Below, piece by piece: positions 1 to 11,900 of a DNA stretch of 64,000 nt. The stretch is from positions 310,001-374,000 of the forward strand of contig JAPMXV010000067.1 of NCBI GenBank assembly GCA_026936335.1, given 5' to 3'. This stretch comes from Mantamonas sphyraenae STR306. Taxonomy: Eukaryota > Protista > CRuMs. Numbering within the stretch: position 1 is the first letter of the stretch; each line of letters opens with the position of its first letter. Below the pieces are notes generated by a model, which was given only the letters and a program-made list of their open reading frames with translations, made no database searches and was not told the origin of the DNA. A program made the translations under genes and the position numbers.

Positions 1-1
1 C

Positions 2-1321
2 GGTGGTGGACGGCAGCGCAGCGAGAGTGTAACCAGTCAATCGTCGCAACGCTCTGCATTCCGGGGCGAGGACGGACGCGATCTGCTGTCGGAATACCTG
101 AGCACACAGGCGACGCCGGAGATGCAGGAAAAGCTGGCGAGGTCAAAGCAGGAGATTGACCAACGGCTGGGCCAAAGCGGAGGCAGTGCAGGCGACGCAA
201 AGCTTTCAACAAAGCGTCAGGCGATGCTGACACGTCTGGCCATGCAAGGGATGGGCAGGAGCGCAAGCGGCGGCGACGGGCAAAGGACGCGACCGGTGAG
301 TGGCACGTCACACGGGTCGAACGAAGCGCAAGCACAAGAATTAGAGGCAGTGGAGGAGGAAGGACAGCAGGGTGCAATTGGGCAGGACAACGGTGATGGG
401 GACGAGTATGAGGAATGGTACTCCGGGGTGGATGCACTGGAACAACAGAGCGCGCTGCGGCGACACAATGCGCTGCGAAACAGAAAGAAGAGACTGCAGG
501 AAATGATGGAAACGGGCCAAAGGAGCATGGAAATTGAGGATTATCTACGGGAGGGCCGCACGCGTTTGTCAATGCGAGAGAACGTGGAGCGTGCCAATGC
601 ACACGGACGCACGCGAGAGGAGGCGTACCGTGAAAGCATCCGAAGGCATCGTGAGAACATTCAGAGCCAAGAGAAGATGATGGCGGAGCGGAACAGGTTC
701 AAGGCGGAGCTGGACAACTACAGGATGCCCGTACGAAGGCGGATGTCTAGCGGAGGCGTACTGCCAGCAAGGCAGGAGGGGTCGAGTCTGCCACGAGTGG
801 CGGTGGGCTCGGAAGACATCCAATTGAACGAGCAGGATGCGCTGCACACAAGGAATCACAGACAAGGAGGCGGACGCAGGAGACGCAGCAGCAACAAAGA
901 ACAGAGTGGACCGGCAGGGGACGGCTCGCTGAACCGGTGGATGAAGCAGGCGCGGGAAGGCACGGGCGAGCAGTACCCGGACGGAGTGCAGCAGCCAAGA
1001 CGGCCTTCGACAAGCTCGGGCCAGGGTGCAAGCGGCGATGGAGGCGGCGGGATGCTTCGCAGACACAGGCGACGTGCTGGGCCGAGGATGTCGCGCACCA
1101 TGCGAGCTGTGATGCGTGACGAGGAGGTGCAAACGAACTTTAACGCGCAGCAACATACGGCAGATGTGTTTGCAGACTTTACCCAGTTTGAGAAGGAGCG
1201 CATCCTGGAGATATCGCGCAGGAAGCGGCGTGAGCGTCAGTACGACGTCGGCGTGGGAGGTAATCGATGGGTGGACTCGGTGCAATTCCAGGAGGACCTT
1301 GCCAAGATTTGGATGGGATGA
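2..1321 (+). CDS. Hypothetical protein, 5'-truncated (charged/coiled-coil, low complexity)
   Basis: The frame of ORF 122..1321 stays open back to position 2, so the gene starts before the window. It ends in TGA. No family recognised. Confidence 0.7.
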   Translation, partial: GGGRQRSESVTSQSSQRSAFRGEDGRDLLSEYLSTQATPEMQEKLARSKQEIDQRLGQSGGSAGDAKLSTKRQAMLTRLAMQGMGRSASGGDGQRTRPVSGTSHGSNEAQAQELEAVEEEGQQGAIGQDNGDGDEYEEWYSGVDALEQQSALRRHNALRNRKKRLQEMMETGQRSMEIEDYLREGRTRLSMRENVERANAHGRTREEAYRESIRRHRENIQSQEKMMAERNRFKAELDNYRMPVRRRMSSGGVLPARQEGSSLPRVAVGSEDIQLNEQDALHTRNHRQGGGRRRRSSNKEQSGPAGDGSLNRWMKQAREGTGEQYPDGVQQPRRPSTSSGQGASGDGGGGMLRRHRRRAGPRMSRTMRAVMRDEEVQTNFNAQQHTADVFADFTQFEKERILEISRRKRRERQYDVGVGGNRWVDSVQFQEDLAKIWMG

Positions 1322-1406
1322 AGTGTGTGTGTGTGGGGGATCGGCGGCGGACAGCGTGCAAAGCAAACAACAAATTCCAACCAACAAGGGACACCCGAGC
1401 GAGTGA

Positions 1407-1694
1407 ATGTCGTCTTCGGAGGCGGTTTCCATCAAGTTTCAGGTGTGGGGCAAAGTGCAGGGTGTGTTCTTCCGTGCAAACACAAAGAAGCAGGCCGACA
1501 AGCTGGGTGTGGTCGGCTGGGTCCGAAACAACCGCGACGGCACGGTGTCGGGCGAGGCACAGGGGTCAGAGGAAGCCATCGAGTCGTTGAAGCACTGGCT
1601 GAGCAGTGTAGGCTCCAAATCGTCACGCATCGACGACGCAGAGTTTGGCGAGATCGACCCCTTTGATGCGAGCGAGTTTGTCGTCCGTCGCTGA
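1407..1694 (+). CDS. ACYP: Acylphosphatase
   Basis: 95-aa single-exon ORF with the signatures GKVQGVFFR and GWVRN. Confidence 0.95.
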   Translation: MSSSEAVSIKFQVWGKVQGVFFRANTKKQADKLGVVGWVRNNRDGTVSGEAQGSEEAIESLKHWLSSVGSKSSRIDDAEFGEIDPFDASEFVVRR

Positions 1695-1783
1695 CGGACC
1701 AGAGGGCAACGACCACAGCAGAGGAAGGAAAGAATAAATTGGGGGAATATGAAACCATGTGAATTGCCGGTGTGCGTGAGTGG

Positions 1784-4700
1784 ATGTTGCACACATGGGA
1801 GGAGGCGCTGGAGGCGCCAGTGCCAAAGCCGAAGATGTCCGCGCAGCTGTTTGATTCGCAGCAGATTCTGGGTGGCGACTCGGAGCCCATGCATTTGACA
1901 AATTGCGGCAATATGTTTCTGATTGGGACACGTGACGGCACCATCGCCGCGTACGCAACGGGCGACACCTGCGAAATGGTCCACCAATTCTCAACCACGG
2001 CCCGATACATCGACCAGATGTGCTACGTGGCCGCTTTGGACTGGTAAGAGACTTTTCCACGCCTGTGCCTATTGGCCGGAGTGCTCTTGGTGGCTGCCCA
2101 GTGCTACCGGCTCTGTGTAGCAGAGGGGAAGAAGCTGACACGCAAAGCGGGCGGCCAGCATTGTGACTTTGGAGCGCGACGACGAAGCATCCGTGCAAAA
2201 CATGATCCGGATCTACCACGATTGGCGTGTGGACATTTTGCATCACGATGACGATGACCATGACGAGGAAGCCGAGCAGTTTGGCGTGTTGTCGTCGTCC
2301 ATCAACTCGGAGAACGACTTTAGCAGCGCCTCTCGTGTCTACTCGCTTGCCCTGCCCGTAGACACGGTGTCCACATGTCTTGCAGCGTGTGCTGTGCATC
2401 CGCGTGTGGCCGTGGGCACCCATTCGTCGGTGACACTGTGGGAAATCAGCAGGCACTCGGGCACGCAGCTGCTGGAAATCAGCACGGAGTGGCCTGTGCA
2501 ACGCCTGGCGCTGTACGACACCTACGTAGCCTACAGCAGCTTCCACGGCCAATTCAAAGCGTACAGCATCCAACTGGAGCGGACACAGGGGCTGGAGTCG
2601 CATCTGGATATCATTGACCAGTTGCTACACGCAAACGCAGACGACGAAAACGCAGACGACGGCGCCGATCCATACCCTCCCGAGCTGGACACATACTACC
2701 AGGAGTTCCGCTGTACTCCCGATTTGGCCTTTATGGAGCCGGCCAATCCGGCAGCCATTGTGTCCCTGGCGAGTGTGAGCGGTGTGCAGGACGGTGGAGG
2801 CGGCTCAGCTTCCTCCACTGGTGCGTCGTCTTCGTCATCATCATCGTCCAGCCTGGGCACGTTTGAGGTGATGGGACCCCTGCCCGACGCGGACCATGGC
2901 CTCCGTGCGTTTCCAGAATCGGGGTACGGAGTGGCCGACTGCAGGTTGCTTGTGCACAGACGCTTCCTGTCGACGTCGCACATCCACTCGTTGTGTTTTC
3001 TGCCCGAGTTTGCTCCCGTTGGAATGCGTCTGTTTGTGGGCATCCGCAAAGGGGCGTTCCTGTACTCGCTGGCGCCGGAGCCGAGGTTGTTGTTTCCGTA
3101 CAAGTTCCACACCGATGGGTGGCAAGTGGCAGTCAACCAGTCGTACGTGTATGTGGCTACAGCCGAAGGGTTGCAGGCACATGCTGTGCGATCGAGTGGG
3201 GAGCGGTACCGCGACGTGCCCAAGCCCATCCTGCTTGGGCGGCAGCCCGTGCTTGGCCTGCAGTCGCTGGCCTTGACGGACGAGTACGTGGCATTGGTCA
3301 GCAAGATGGGACTGGACGACGAGACGGCGGGCGGCTCGCCGTCCATGTTTGCAGCTGCTTCCAAGTCGCGTGCAATGTACGCCGGAGGAAGTGCACATGC
3401 ATACGACTCGAGCGGAAGCGAAGCGACATCGTGGAATCTGTACTGTCTCCACTGCACCGAGTTGTGCACTGTGAGCGGGGAAATCACGGCTGTGATCACC
3501 CAGCGGCAGGAGGAGGAGCCGGACTACACAATGAGCGAAGAATACCACCAGCTGCTTCTGGAGTCGCATCTGCTTCTGGAATCGCAGCTTCTGCGGCTGC
3601 AAGAGCAGCGTGAGCGCACACGCATTCCACTGCGCACTCCACTGGCCGATTTTAATGATCTGATGCCCGGTGGAATGGCCATGGAGGACAGTGCGATGAT
3701 TCTCAACAGTCATCTTGTCGAAAACAACTATCGGGAACATGTGATGCGGTCATCGGGACGCATGGGTGACCATCACCTGCGCATGGGGGACCACGCCCTT
3801 GCGTGTTCGTACTATCTGCGCAGCAAGCGCAGCCTGAGTGAAACGTTGCCGCTGCTGATGGAATCTCAAGCAGACATGGATGTGGTGATCATGTATCTGA
3901 ACAAGGTGCTGTTTGACCCTGAGCTGGCCGGTCTGATGGACGTCAACCCGAGCCAAGCCGACGACATCCTGATGCTGTACAGGCAAGAGGCGCCGCACAA
4001 CCTTGCACGTGTGGTGCTGGAGTCTAGCATCAACAATTATTCCTATGAGCTGGCACTCAAGTTGCTGGAGTCGCACAATCAGGATCTAGACCTGGCGGGC
4101 ACCGCCACAGTGTCGCTTGCAATCTCGCCCAAGCACTCGTTTGCACGTGCGCTTCTGTTTCTGGATCTGGGCCACGTGGCCAAGAGTGTGCAGGCGCTGA
4201 TGCTGCTGCAGTCGTCGCAGCTGATTGGCTACCTGCGCAGCAACCCGCAGCTGGTGCTGTTGGATGGGTACGACGAAGAGGCGTACACGGCGGACATGTC
4301 GCAGCGCAGCACGGTGTGGATGCCCGACCTGCTGCGTGTCTGTCGCCCTTGGTGCCTGCTGGAAGCACTGATGGGAATGGTGTGCGACGTGCTTGGCATG
4401 AGCGACGATGACGCAGAGGATGTGCCGCTGGTGGCAGCCACCGAGTCGGAGCTGCCCGAACACTTTACAACTCTGTCGTTGTTCACGAGCGGCGGCTCAC
4501 ACGTCAAATCACCACTTGCGTCGTCGCCGTTGAGTGGCAGTCCGGTGATCGGCGACAGGTCGACGACACTGTCGCCTGAGCACTGGAATCCGCAGCTGGA
4601 CGCGTCTATTTCGTCGGCCATGGGTGTGTCGCAGCTGAGCCAGGCGGTGCAGCTGATGGATGTGGAGTCGAGCAGGGGCGGGCGGGAGGTGGACGCAGAG

Positions 4701-5934
4701 ACGATGAACAGGCTGCGTGATGTGGTGATGACGGGCATGTACATCCTGCGCGGGCGTGAGGATGACCCGGATTGGTTTGTGCAACGACTGCAGACAGAGG
4801 CGGAAGAGGAAGAGGAGGAGGACCAGGATGCGCAAGTGGCACAATTGAACGCACGCAAGCTGGTGTGCAGCCTGGGAGCGCATTCAAGCAGGCAATTACT
4901 GGCCATGTGTTTCATGGAGCGTGTGATTGCGCTTGTGGAAGGGTGTGGATCTGTGGTGCTGCGCACGCGGCTACCGGAGATGCTGGATTGCCTGAACGGA
5001 TTGTATGCAGAGTGCATGGTGGACAGCTACGAGGAGGCACGTGAAAAGGAAGAGGCTGAGGCCGAGGCAGCCAGGCAGAGAGAGTCACAGGCAGCGGACG
5101 AGGCGGCCAACGCAGGGCAGACGGGCTCAGGCAGCAAAGTGACCAAGAAGGAATGGGAGCAGGAGTCGCTCAGCGCACAGGAGCGTATGGAATTGTACAA
5201 ACGGTCACTGATGCCAAAACGCAAGGGAAGCAGGGAAGAAGCAGCGCAACGCGAGCAGCGACGGGCCAGCGGGTGACGGAGGAGGGAGCAGCGGGGCAGG
5301 CGGAGGGGTGGAAGGGGAATGGACCGGACGCAACGTGGAGCTGGAGCGCAAGTGGGAGCACATGCACGAGCAGTCGTTTAGCTCGCGGCCAGACTGGCTG
5401 GCAGGACTGACGCCGACGAGCGATGAGGCATGGATGACATACCTGCACAAGATGCAATCTCTGATCAGCTACAGCTTCCGCACAGAGCTGGGCGATCTGG
5501 TGGCCATGCAGGCGTCTGTAAAGAGCGCAGTGGAGGAGAGCAGGCTGGTGGAGGACATTGGCAAGGATGTGTGCAAGTCAATCGACGTGCTGGTGGGTGC
5601 GGCGACCGACGAGCTGGAGACATGCGTGCAAAGCATGCTGAATGAGCATGCAGACATGGCGCTGGCGTTTGGCAAGATGTTCTGCACACGTGTTCAGCAG
5701 TGGCGCTTTGTGCTGGAAGAGGTGGGCAAGCGCAGTGAGGAGTCCCCGGTGTACCGGACGATCTACAAGGAGTGTCTGGAGTGGCTGGCCGACATCCTGG
5801 ACCCGGTGACGTTTGTGGACGTAATCCCAGACAATGGGAACCTGGTGTTCTTCCTGCCCATGCTGACGCGCTCGTTCAGGGCCCACGGAGCCGGGGTGCT
5901 GAAAGAGAATCTGTTTTCATTGTTGCGGCGATGA
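1784..5934 (+). CDS. HPS3: Hermansky-Pudlak syndrome 3 protein homolog (BLOC-2 subunit)
   Basis: The N-terminus (LFDSQQILGGDSEP...HQFSTT...IVTLE...IRIYHDWR) and C-terminus (SSRPDWL...KMQSLI...YKECLEWLADILDPVTFVDVIPDNGNLVFFLPML) match HPS3 termini as recalled. Intron 2044-2158 (GTAAGA...GCTGAC...CAG). A +1 frame break at about 5225-5227 joins ORFs 2163..5276 and 5308..5934. Start uncertain: 1784, 1835, or 1749 with an extra intron 1776-1846. Confidence 0.8.
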
Positions 5935-5973
5935 CTTGGTTCGGGATGGAGCAAGCTGAATGCAAAAAGTGAA

Positions 5974-6754
5974 TCAAACTGTGAATTTCATGCAGCGCAG
6001 ATCCTTGTGCACCTGTTGGCATCGCGCGGAGCAGTAGCGTTGCCTGCACCGTGAGCAGCTGTAGCTAGAAAACAAGCCGCAGATGCTGCAAAAGTGCCGG
6101 GCAGGCTTGCGTGAAGGGCGGGCACGTGCACTGAGATGCGTGGCAACGTGTTGGGGTGCCAAGTCCAGACGCTGGAACAGCGGAAGCAACGCACAGTGTC
6201 AGCGGGAGGGCAAAGGGAGAAGGAACACAGACACAGGACCCACATTGCTGTGCACTCACCTCCTTTTCCACAATGTCTGCGAGTGACAGGACTCGACGCA
6301 CGGCGACCACACGGCCAGTCCTTTCCTTGCGCTTGCGCTTGGAGCCGACAGCGAGGGAAGAGGTTTCAGGTTCGGCGTCCTCCTGGCCTTCGTCCTCGTC
6401 TGCCAGGATGTACTCGTCGTCATCTTCTTCCTCCTGTTCAGCAAGAGAGCGAGGCGTGTAATTGTCATCCTCGAGCATGCTGAGCCGCTTCATGGTCATT
6501 TCCTGGCGCGTGTGAGCGTCAACGACGGACATCCGCTTGCTGATCTTGCGCGTGCGCGCTACGAGGGGAGAAACACACGGGTCAGTGTATGAACGGCGGC
6601 GCATGGGAGGAAGTGACGGGGCAAAAGGGGCAGAAGGGCACGTACACGAGCGTGTGCGCTGTTTGTACATGTTGGTGGGGTTGGCCAGCTCGCTTCCAAG
6701 CGAGAGTGCCTGCGAGGCATGTCCCTTGGACGCACTTGTGGGCGTCCCACTTCC

Positions 6755-6794
<40 letters not shown>

Positions 6795-6904
6795 GATGAA
6801 GTCGATGACGAGCTGGCGGCAACGGTGGTGTCCACCTTGCGTCGTTTGTTGCCACCCATGGCTTGTCTGCGTCCTCCGGCGCTTGACGTGCCACTGGAAT
6901 CCAT
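5974..6904 (-). CDS. ZNHIT1: Zinc finger HIT domain protein 1 (SWR1/SRCAP subunit Vps71/Swc6)
   Basis: Contains KRLSMLEDDNY and the C-terminal HIT finger ARHFCSICGLFSSYSCSRCRQRYCSARCQQVHKDLRCMKF. Introns 6559-6645 and 6172-6259. An alternative start at 6859 is possible. Confidence 0.9.
6756..6793. repeat. (CTG)n trinucleotide run encoding poly-Ser in ZNHIT1
   Basis: About 12 tandem CTG units, read as AGC on the minus strand. Confidence 0.85.
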
Positions 6905-8771
6905 GTTTGCACGACAAGTCAAGACCAGTGGACTGGGACGCGCAGCGGCACAGGCTGTGGGCAGCACTCGCGGCTACAGCGTCGAGCTCGGCAAGGTAAG
7001 TGCGACGTGGTGGGCTGTGTGTGTGCCAAGGGGCCCTTCCTCCTCGTGGAGCACACGTCAGGCAAGGGTCTTGTGTACCCGTGGCAGAGTCGGATGGCGC
7101 AGTGCCCAGCACAAGCTTTGCATACGCCCTGCAGGATTCGGGCCTGTCTGTGTGCGCCCGAAATGCGATGGGGGTCGGTGTAGGGGAGGCTGGAGAAAGA
7201 TTTTCCCAGTTTGCGTGCATGGGTTTGGTACGCGGCAAGGGTCACAAAGAGCACTGACACGCTGTGCAGGGCAACCGAGCCATGAAGGAGAGCGACACTG
7301 AGCTGTTTGATCTGGTGGAGAAGGAACGCATGCGTCAATTCCAAGGCCTGGAACTGATTGCGTCCGAGAACTTTGCTTCGAAAGCCGTGCTCGAGGCCCT
7401 TGGCTCCTGCTTGACCAACAAGTACAGCGAGGGCTACCCGGGCGCACGGTACTACGGCGGCAACCAGTTTATCGACAAAATCGAGCGCCTTTGCCAGCAG
7501 CGTGCGCTGGATGCCTTCCACTTGGACCCGGAAGAGTGGGGTGTCAACGTCCAGCCGTACTCGGGCTCCCCGGCCAACTTTGCCGCTTACACGGCTGTGC
7601 TGAAACCCCACGACCGCATTATGGGACTGGATCTGGCACATGGAGGCCAGTAGGTTGGAATGGGGAGGGAGAGCGTGGCGATGGATGGGAGATGGATGGG
7701 AGATGGATGAGCGCTGCGTTGCTCACACAAGGCCGCACACACACATACAGCTTGACGCACGGGTACATGTCGCCCAAGAAGCGTATCAGTGCGACATCTG
7801 TGTACTTTGAGTCGATGCCGTACCGTCTCAACGTGGACACGGGCGTGATTGACTACGATGCACTGGAGAGCACGGCGGCGCTGTTTCGACCACGGTTGAT
7901 CATTGCCGGCGCGTCTGCGTACTCGCGGTTGATCGACTACGAGCGCATGAAGGAGATTGCAAACCAGCACGACGCGTACCTGCTGTCGGACATGGCACAC
8001 ATCAGCGGTCTGGTGGCTGCAGGGACCATTCCGTCTCCGTTTGACCACTCGGACCTGGTGACCAGCACGACGCACAAGAGCCTGCGTGGTCCTCGCTCAG
8101 GGCTCATCTTTTACCGAAAGGGAGTGCGCTCGACCGACGCCAAGGGCAACCAGGTGATGTACAACCTGGAGGAGGACTTGAACTTTGCCGTGTTCCCCAT
8201 GCTTCAGGGCGGCCCGCACAACCACCAGATTGCGGCTGTGGCAGCATGCCTGAAGGAGGCACAGAGCGAAGAGTTCCGCACGTACCAGCTGCAGGTGATG
8301 GCAAATTGCAAGGCCATGTGCGACGAGTTCTCTGCGCGCGAGTACAAGATTGTCAGCGGCGGCTCGGACAACCACCTGCTGATGCTGGACCTGCGCGACC
8401 GCAACGTGGACGGTGCACGTGTGGAGCATGTGTTGGAGCAGGTCAACATCACAGTCAACAAGAACGCCGTGCCAGGCGACACGAAGCCGATGACCCCCGG
8501 TGGCATCCGCATCGGAGCACCTGCCTTGACCACACGCGGCCTCAAGGAGGACGACTTTAAGCAGGTGGTTGCGTTTGTGGACCGCGGCATCGAGATCACC
8601 CGCGACCTGAAGACGTCCATTGGTGGGCGCCTGGCGCAGTTCCGCGAGGGAGCCCAGCTGGACCAGAGCAGCGACATGCAGGAGCTTAAGAAGGAGGTTA
8701 ACGAGTTTGCCAGCCAGTTTAGCATGCCTGGCCATGACCCGAACAGCATGGTCAACAAGCTGGGAGTGTGA
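6903..8771 (+). CDS. SHMT: Serine hydroxymethyltransferase with mitochondrial presequence
   Basis: Motifs [29 protein letters not shown] and [12 protein letters not shown] (PLP lysine). Exon 1, 6903-6995, encodes [26 protein letters not shown].... Introns 6996-7269 (GTAAGT) and 7650-7750. Confidence 0.95.
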
Positions 8772-8890
8772 GGCCAAAGAAAGAGCACGTGAGCAACTGG
8801 CCCCGAAGTCCTTCCCCTTCTTGTGCGCCGTGTTTGCCACACAAACGCCCCGCTGTCTCTCGTCGCATCCCATACCGTTGAAACCGCGAC

Positions 8891-8901
8891 CGTGACCAAT
8901 C
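8891..8901 (+). promoter_or_regulatory. CCAAT-box-like element CGTGACCAATC upstream of the IQ-repeat gene
   Basis: Lies 23 bp upstream of ATG 8925. The identical 11-mer occurs at 38303-38313. Confidence 0.3.
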
Positions 8902-8924
8902 GGTGGATCATCACACAGACAGAG

Positions 8925-11900
8925 ATGGCAGAGTCTGTGGAAAATGCACCCAAGTCTTCGGGTGGCGGACACAGCTCGGCGAACCACGCTGCACAGAATA
9001 GTCAGACGGACGAGTCGATTGCCAAGCGACGGGCGCAGATGACGCGGCGCGATTCCGTGGCGCTGTTTGGCAAGGGAGGCGGAAGTAGCGATCCGCGTGC
9101 GGCGCTGCGTAAGAAACTGGCCAACAAACACCATCAACAGCAAGAAGAAGAAAGTGGATTGGCGGCATCCACAAGCACATCGACCACCGACGGCTCTGTG
9201 AGCAACAACAACGGCTCAGAAGCCACAGAGAAGGCTGCGGCCGGGTCTGGTGGGGCAGTGGTTCCCCACACAGAAGTCGGCACAACCGGGAAGAGCGACG
9301 GAACGAGCAGCAAGGGCACATCGGGTGGGGGAAGCGCCGACGAATCCCTTGCACAGAGACGAGCGCAGATGAAACGGAGGGATTCGGTGGCACTGTTTGG
9401 CAAGGGAGGTGGAGGTAGCGATCCGCGAGCCGCGCTTCGGAAGAAACTGGCCAGCAAGCACCAACACACGCACAAGGAGGCAGAGACGCAGGCCAAAGCG
9501 GAACCGACACACACTCAGACATCAGGAGGCAGCGGCGAAGTAGACCTTGGGTCGTCGAAAGAGGCTGGAGAGGCGGAAGTAACAAAGGCGGGAAAAGAGC
9601 CGAATGTTGGTAAGACCTCAGGCAGCGGTTCAGCAGAAATTGCTGACCGCGCAGCAGAAAGAAGGGACACCACAGAGGCACAGGCGTCTGAGAACAACGA
9701 GGAGGGAGAAGAGGAGGCAGATGTCGAAGACGAGGTGGAGGTGGAGAAGCCGAGGCGATCTCCGCCTCCCACACCGCATGATTCGCCCATGCGGCTGCAC
9801 AGTGCTCCGGAACAAGGGCAAAGTGAGGCGATGTTGGAGGTAGAAACCCCCGAGGACGTTTCAAGTGTCCAAACACCGGTGCAGGAGGATGGCGAGGAGG
9901 AGGAAGCAGAAGAGGCGGATGACGACGAGGCAGACGAGGCGGCTGTGGAAGCTCTGGAGAAAGAACTGGAGACGCGGCCGGAGGGGTTGCAACCGGGAGG
10001 TGTGTTGGAGCTGGTGAGCGACTACCAGATGCTGATGGAGCTTATGCAGGAGAGCAACGGGGAGGTTCGGAAGTTGGCTCTGCATCATGTGCAGGAGCAC
10101 GGGATCAAGTTCAAGAGCAAGGGAAGCGGGCAGAAGAAACGAGAGGTCAAGTCACGCCTGGCACATTTGAACCGGCCGCAGTCGGCGCAGGTGCAGCGCC
10201 GGAAAAGCGCAGAGGAGGAGAACGACGGTGCAGAGGAGCCGGAAGGGGACAGACACAGAACGAAGAAAAGAAGAAGAAGGTGAAGAAATCAGGCAAGCAC
10301 GGGGGCAAGGGTGCGAACCACAAGGGTGTGCAACGGCCAGTAAGCGCAGCGGCAAAGATGGAGTCGACGCCGCCTGGATCGAATGGCTTTGGACGGGAAA
10401 AGGCGGATGCAACGAGCACTCGCCTGTTTGGCAAGGGAGGAGTGGAAGCGAAAAAGAACGGGGCTGAACAAAAGTCACCATACGAGGTGAGGCTGGAGCT
10501 TGAGGAGGGGAAGAAGAAAAGCGGGGAAAAGGCAAGGAAAGGTCGGCCAGGAAGCATCCAAACGGCGTGGGGTACCAACAGCAAGGAGAATGGGCAAAAA
10601 GGAGTGCAGGGTAAGGAGAAACAGCACAAGAGCCCGGGGAAGTGGAGGCAGCGGAGTGGTGAACCAGTTGGATAGCATGCTTTCGTCGCCTGTGCTGGCC
10701 AACGTGCTTCGATGGGACGTGCGTGAACAGCTTGCAGAACGGTTGGAAGAAGCAGAGGCGATTGAAAAGGTGCAAGCGAAGCAAGCGCAGAAGTCCAGCC
10801 CTCAGGCACTGTTTGAGCAATCTCCGCTGCGACCGCGGCAAAAGACGCTGCGGAAGCTGGAGACGCGTCTGGACGGCGTGCAGAGCAAGTACATGGAGCA
10901 CCTGCAGACATCGCCAATGAGCACCGCAAGCATGCGGGCGATGGTGGAATCTGCAAGCGAGGAGGATGTTGGCTTTGACGTGGGCGTTGTGCGCAAAAGT
11001 GGCAAGAAGAAGAAGAAGAAGAAGAAGCGCAAGGCCAGCCGCAGGCGAAAAGAGCGAGAGGAAGAGCACGCACGTATTCGTGATGCGGTGGTAGAGCAGC
11101 AGCAGCAGTCTGGCCTAGTGGTGGACTTGGAAGGGGAAACGGGGATGACAGGGTCGACGATGGGTCTTTTGAGCGTCGGACAGGAAGGATCGACGCCAAT
11201 CAAGGAAGGAAAGCGCAGTGTGGACGGAATAGAAGCATGGGAAAGCGGTGCGGGCCAAGGACGCTCTGGAGGGAGCAAGAAGCGGGGAGGAAGCGCCGTG
11301 GCGCTGGAAGCGGAATCGCCGAATCGAGGGGTGTCGTATGCTCAGGCCTCGAAGATGTTACATGTGTATACCAACAAGCAGAGCCGCAACGCAAGGGGAA
11401 AGGCGGAGCGGGAGGAGGGAGGGGAAGGAAAGAAGGAAGCGGAGGAGGAAGAGGTGGAGAATGGGGCCGGTGCACCGCTGTGCAGTGTGCAAGTGAGCGT
11501 GACACGGTGGTTCACGATGAAGGAGTTGATGGATGTGCTGCGGATGAAAGTGTTTGGCAAGAGCGAGGACGAAGACGTGCTCGGATGCAAGGTGTACCGA
11601 GCTTCGGATGGGAAAGAGCTGACGCAATTGGAGGAGGTGGAGGCAGAGATGGATGTGGTGGTGCTGAAGGGTTCTGTGGCATTTGCTGGCGATCGGCATA
11701 TGGACGCCGAACGGCGTGCAGAAGGAATGCGGGTGTGTCAGAGATGCTGGCAAGCGTGCCGAGAGTCTGATGGGCAGCAGTGGGGCGAATGTGTGTATCA
11801 CAGCGGGCGACCGGACGTGGAGAAAATTGAGCAGGAAGGTGAGGATGGAGGGTCAAGGTTCCGCCGTTGCTGGGACTGCTGCAAGGGAGAACTGGACAGC

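Noticed and set aside
5273-5291. A 19-nt GT...AG 'micro-intron' that would fix the HPS3 frame
   Set aside because: All other introns are 49 nt or longer, and it has no branch point. The alternative frame already reads naturally from about 5227, which favours a single-base indel.
10281-10283. In-frame TGA here (and at 5274-5276) as selenocysteine or stop read-through
   Set aside because: The plausible protein continues in a different frame, not past the TGA, and TGA is the dominant genuine stop.
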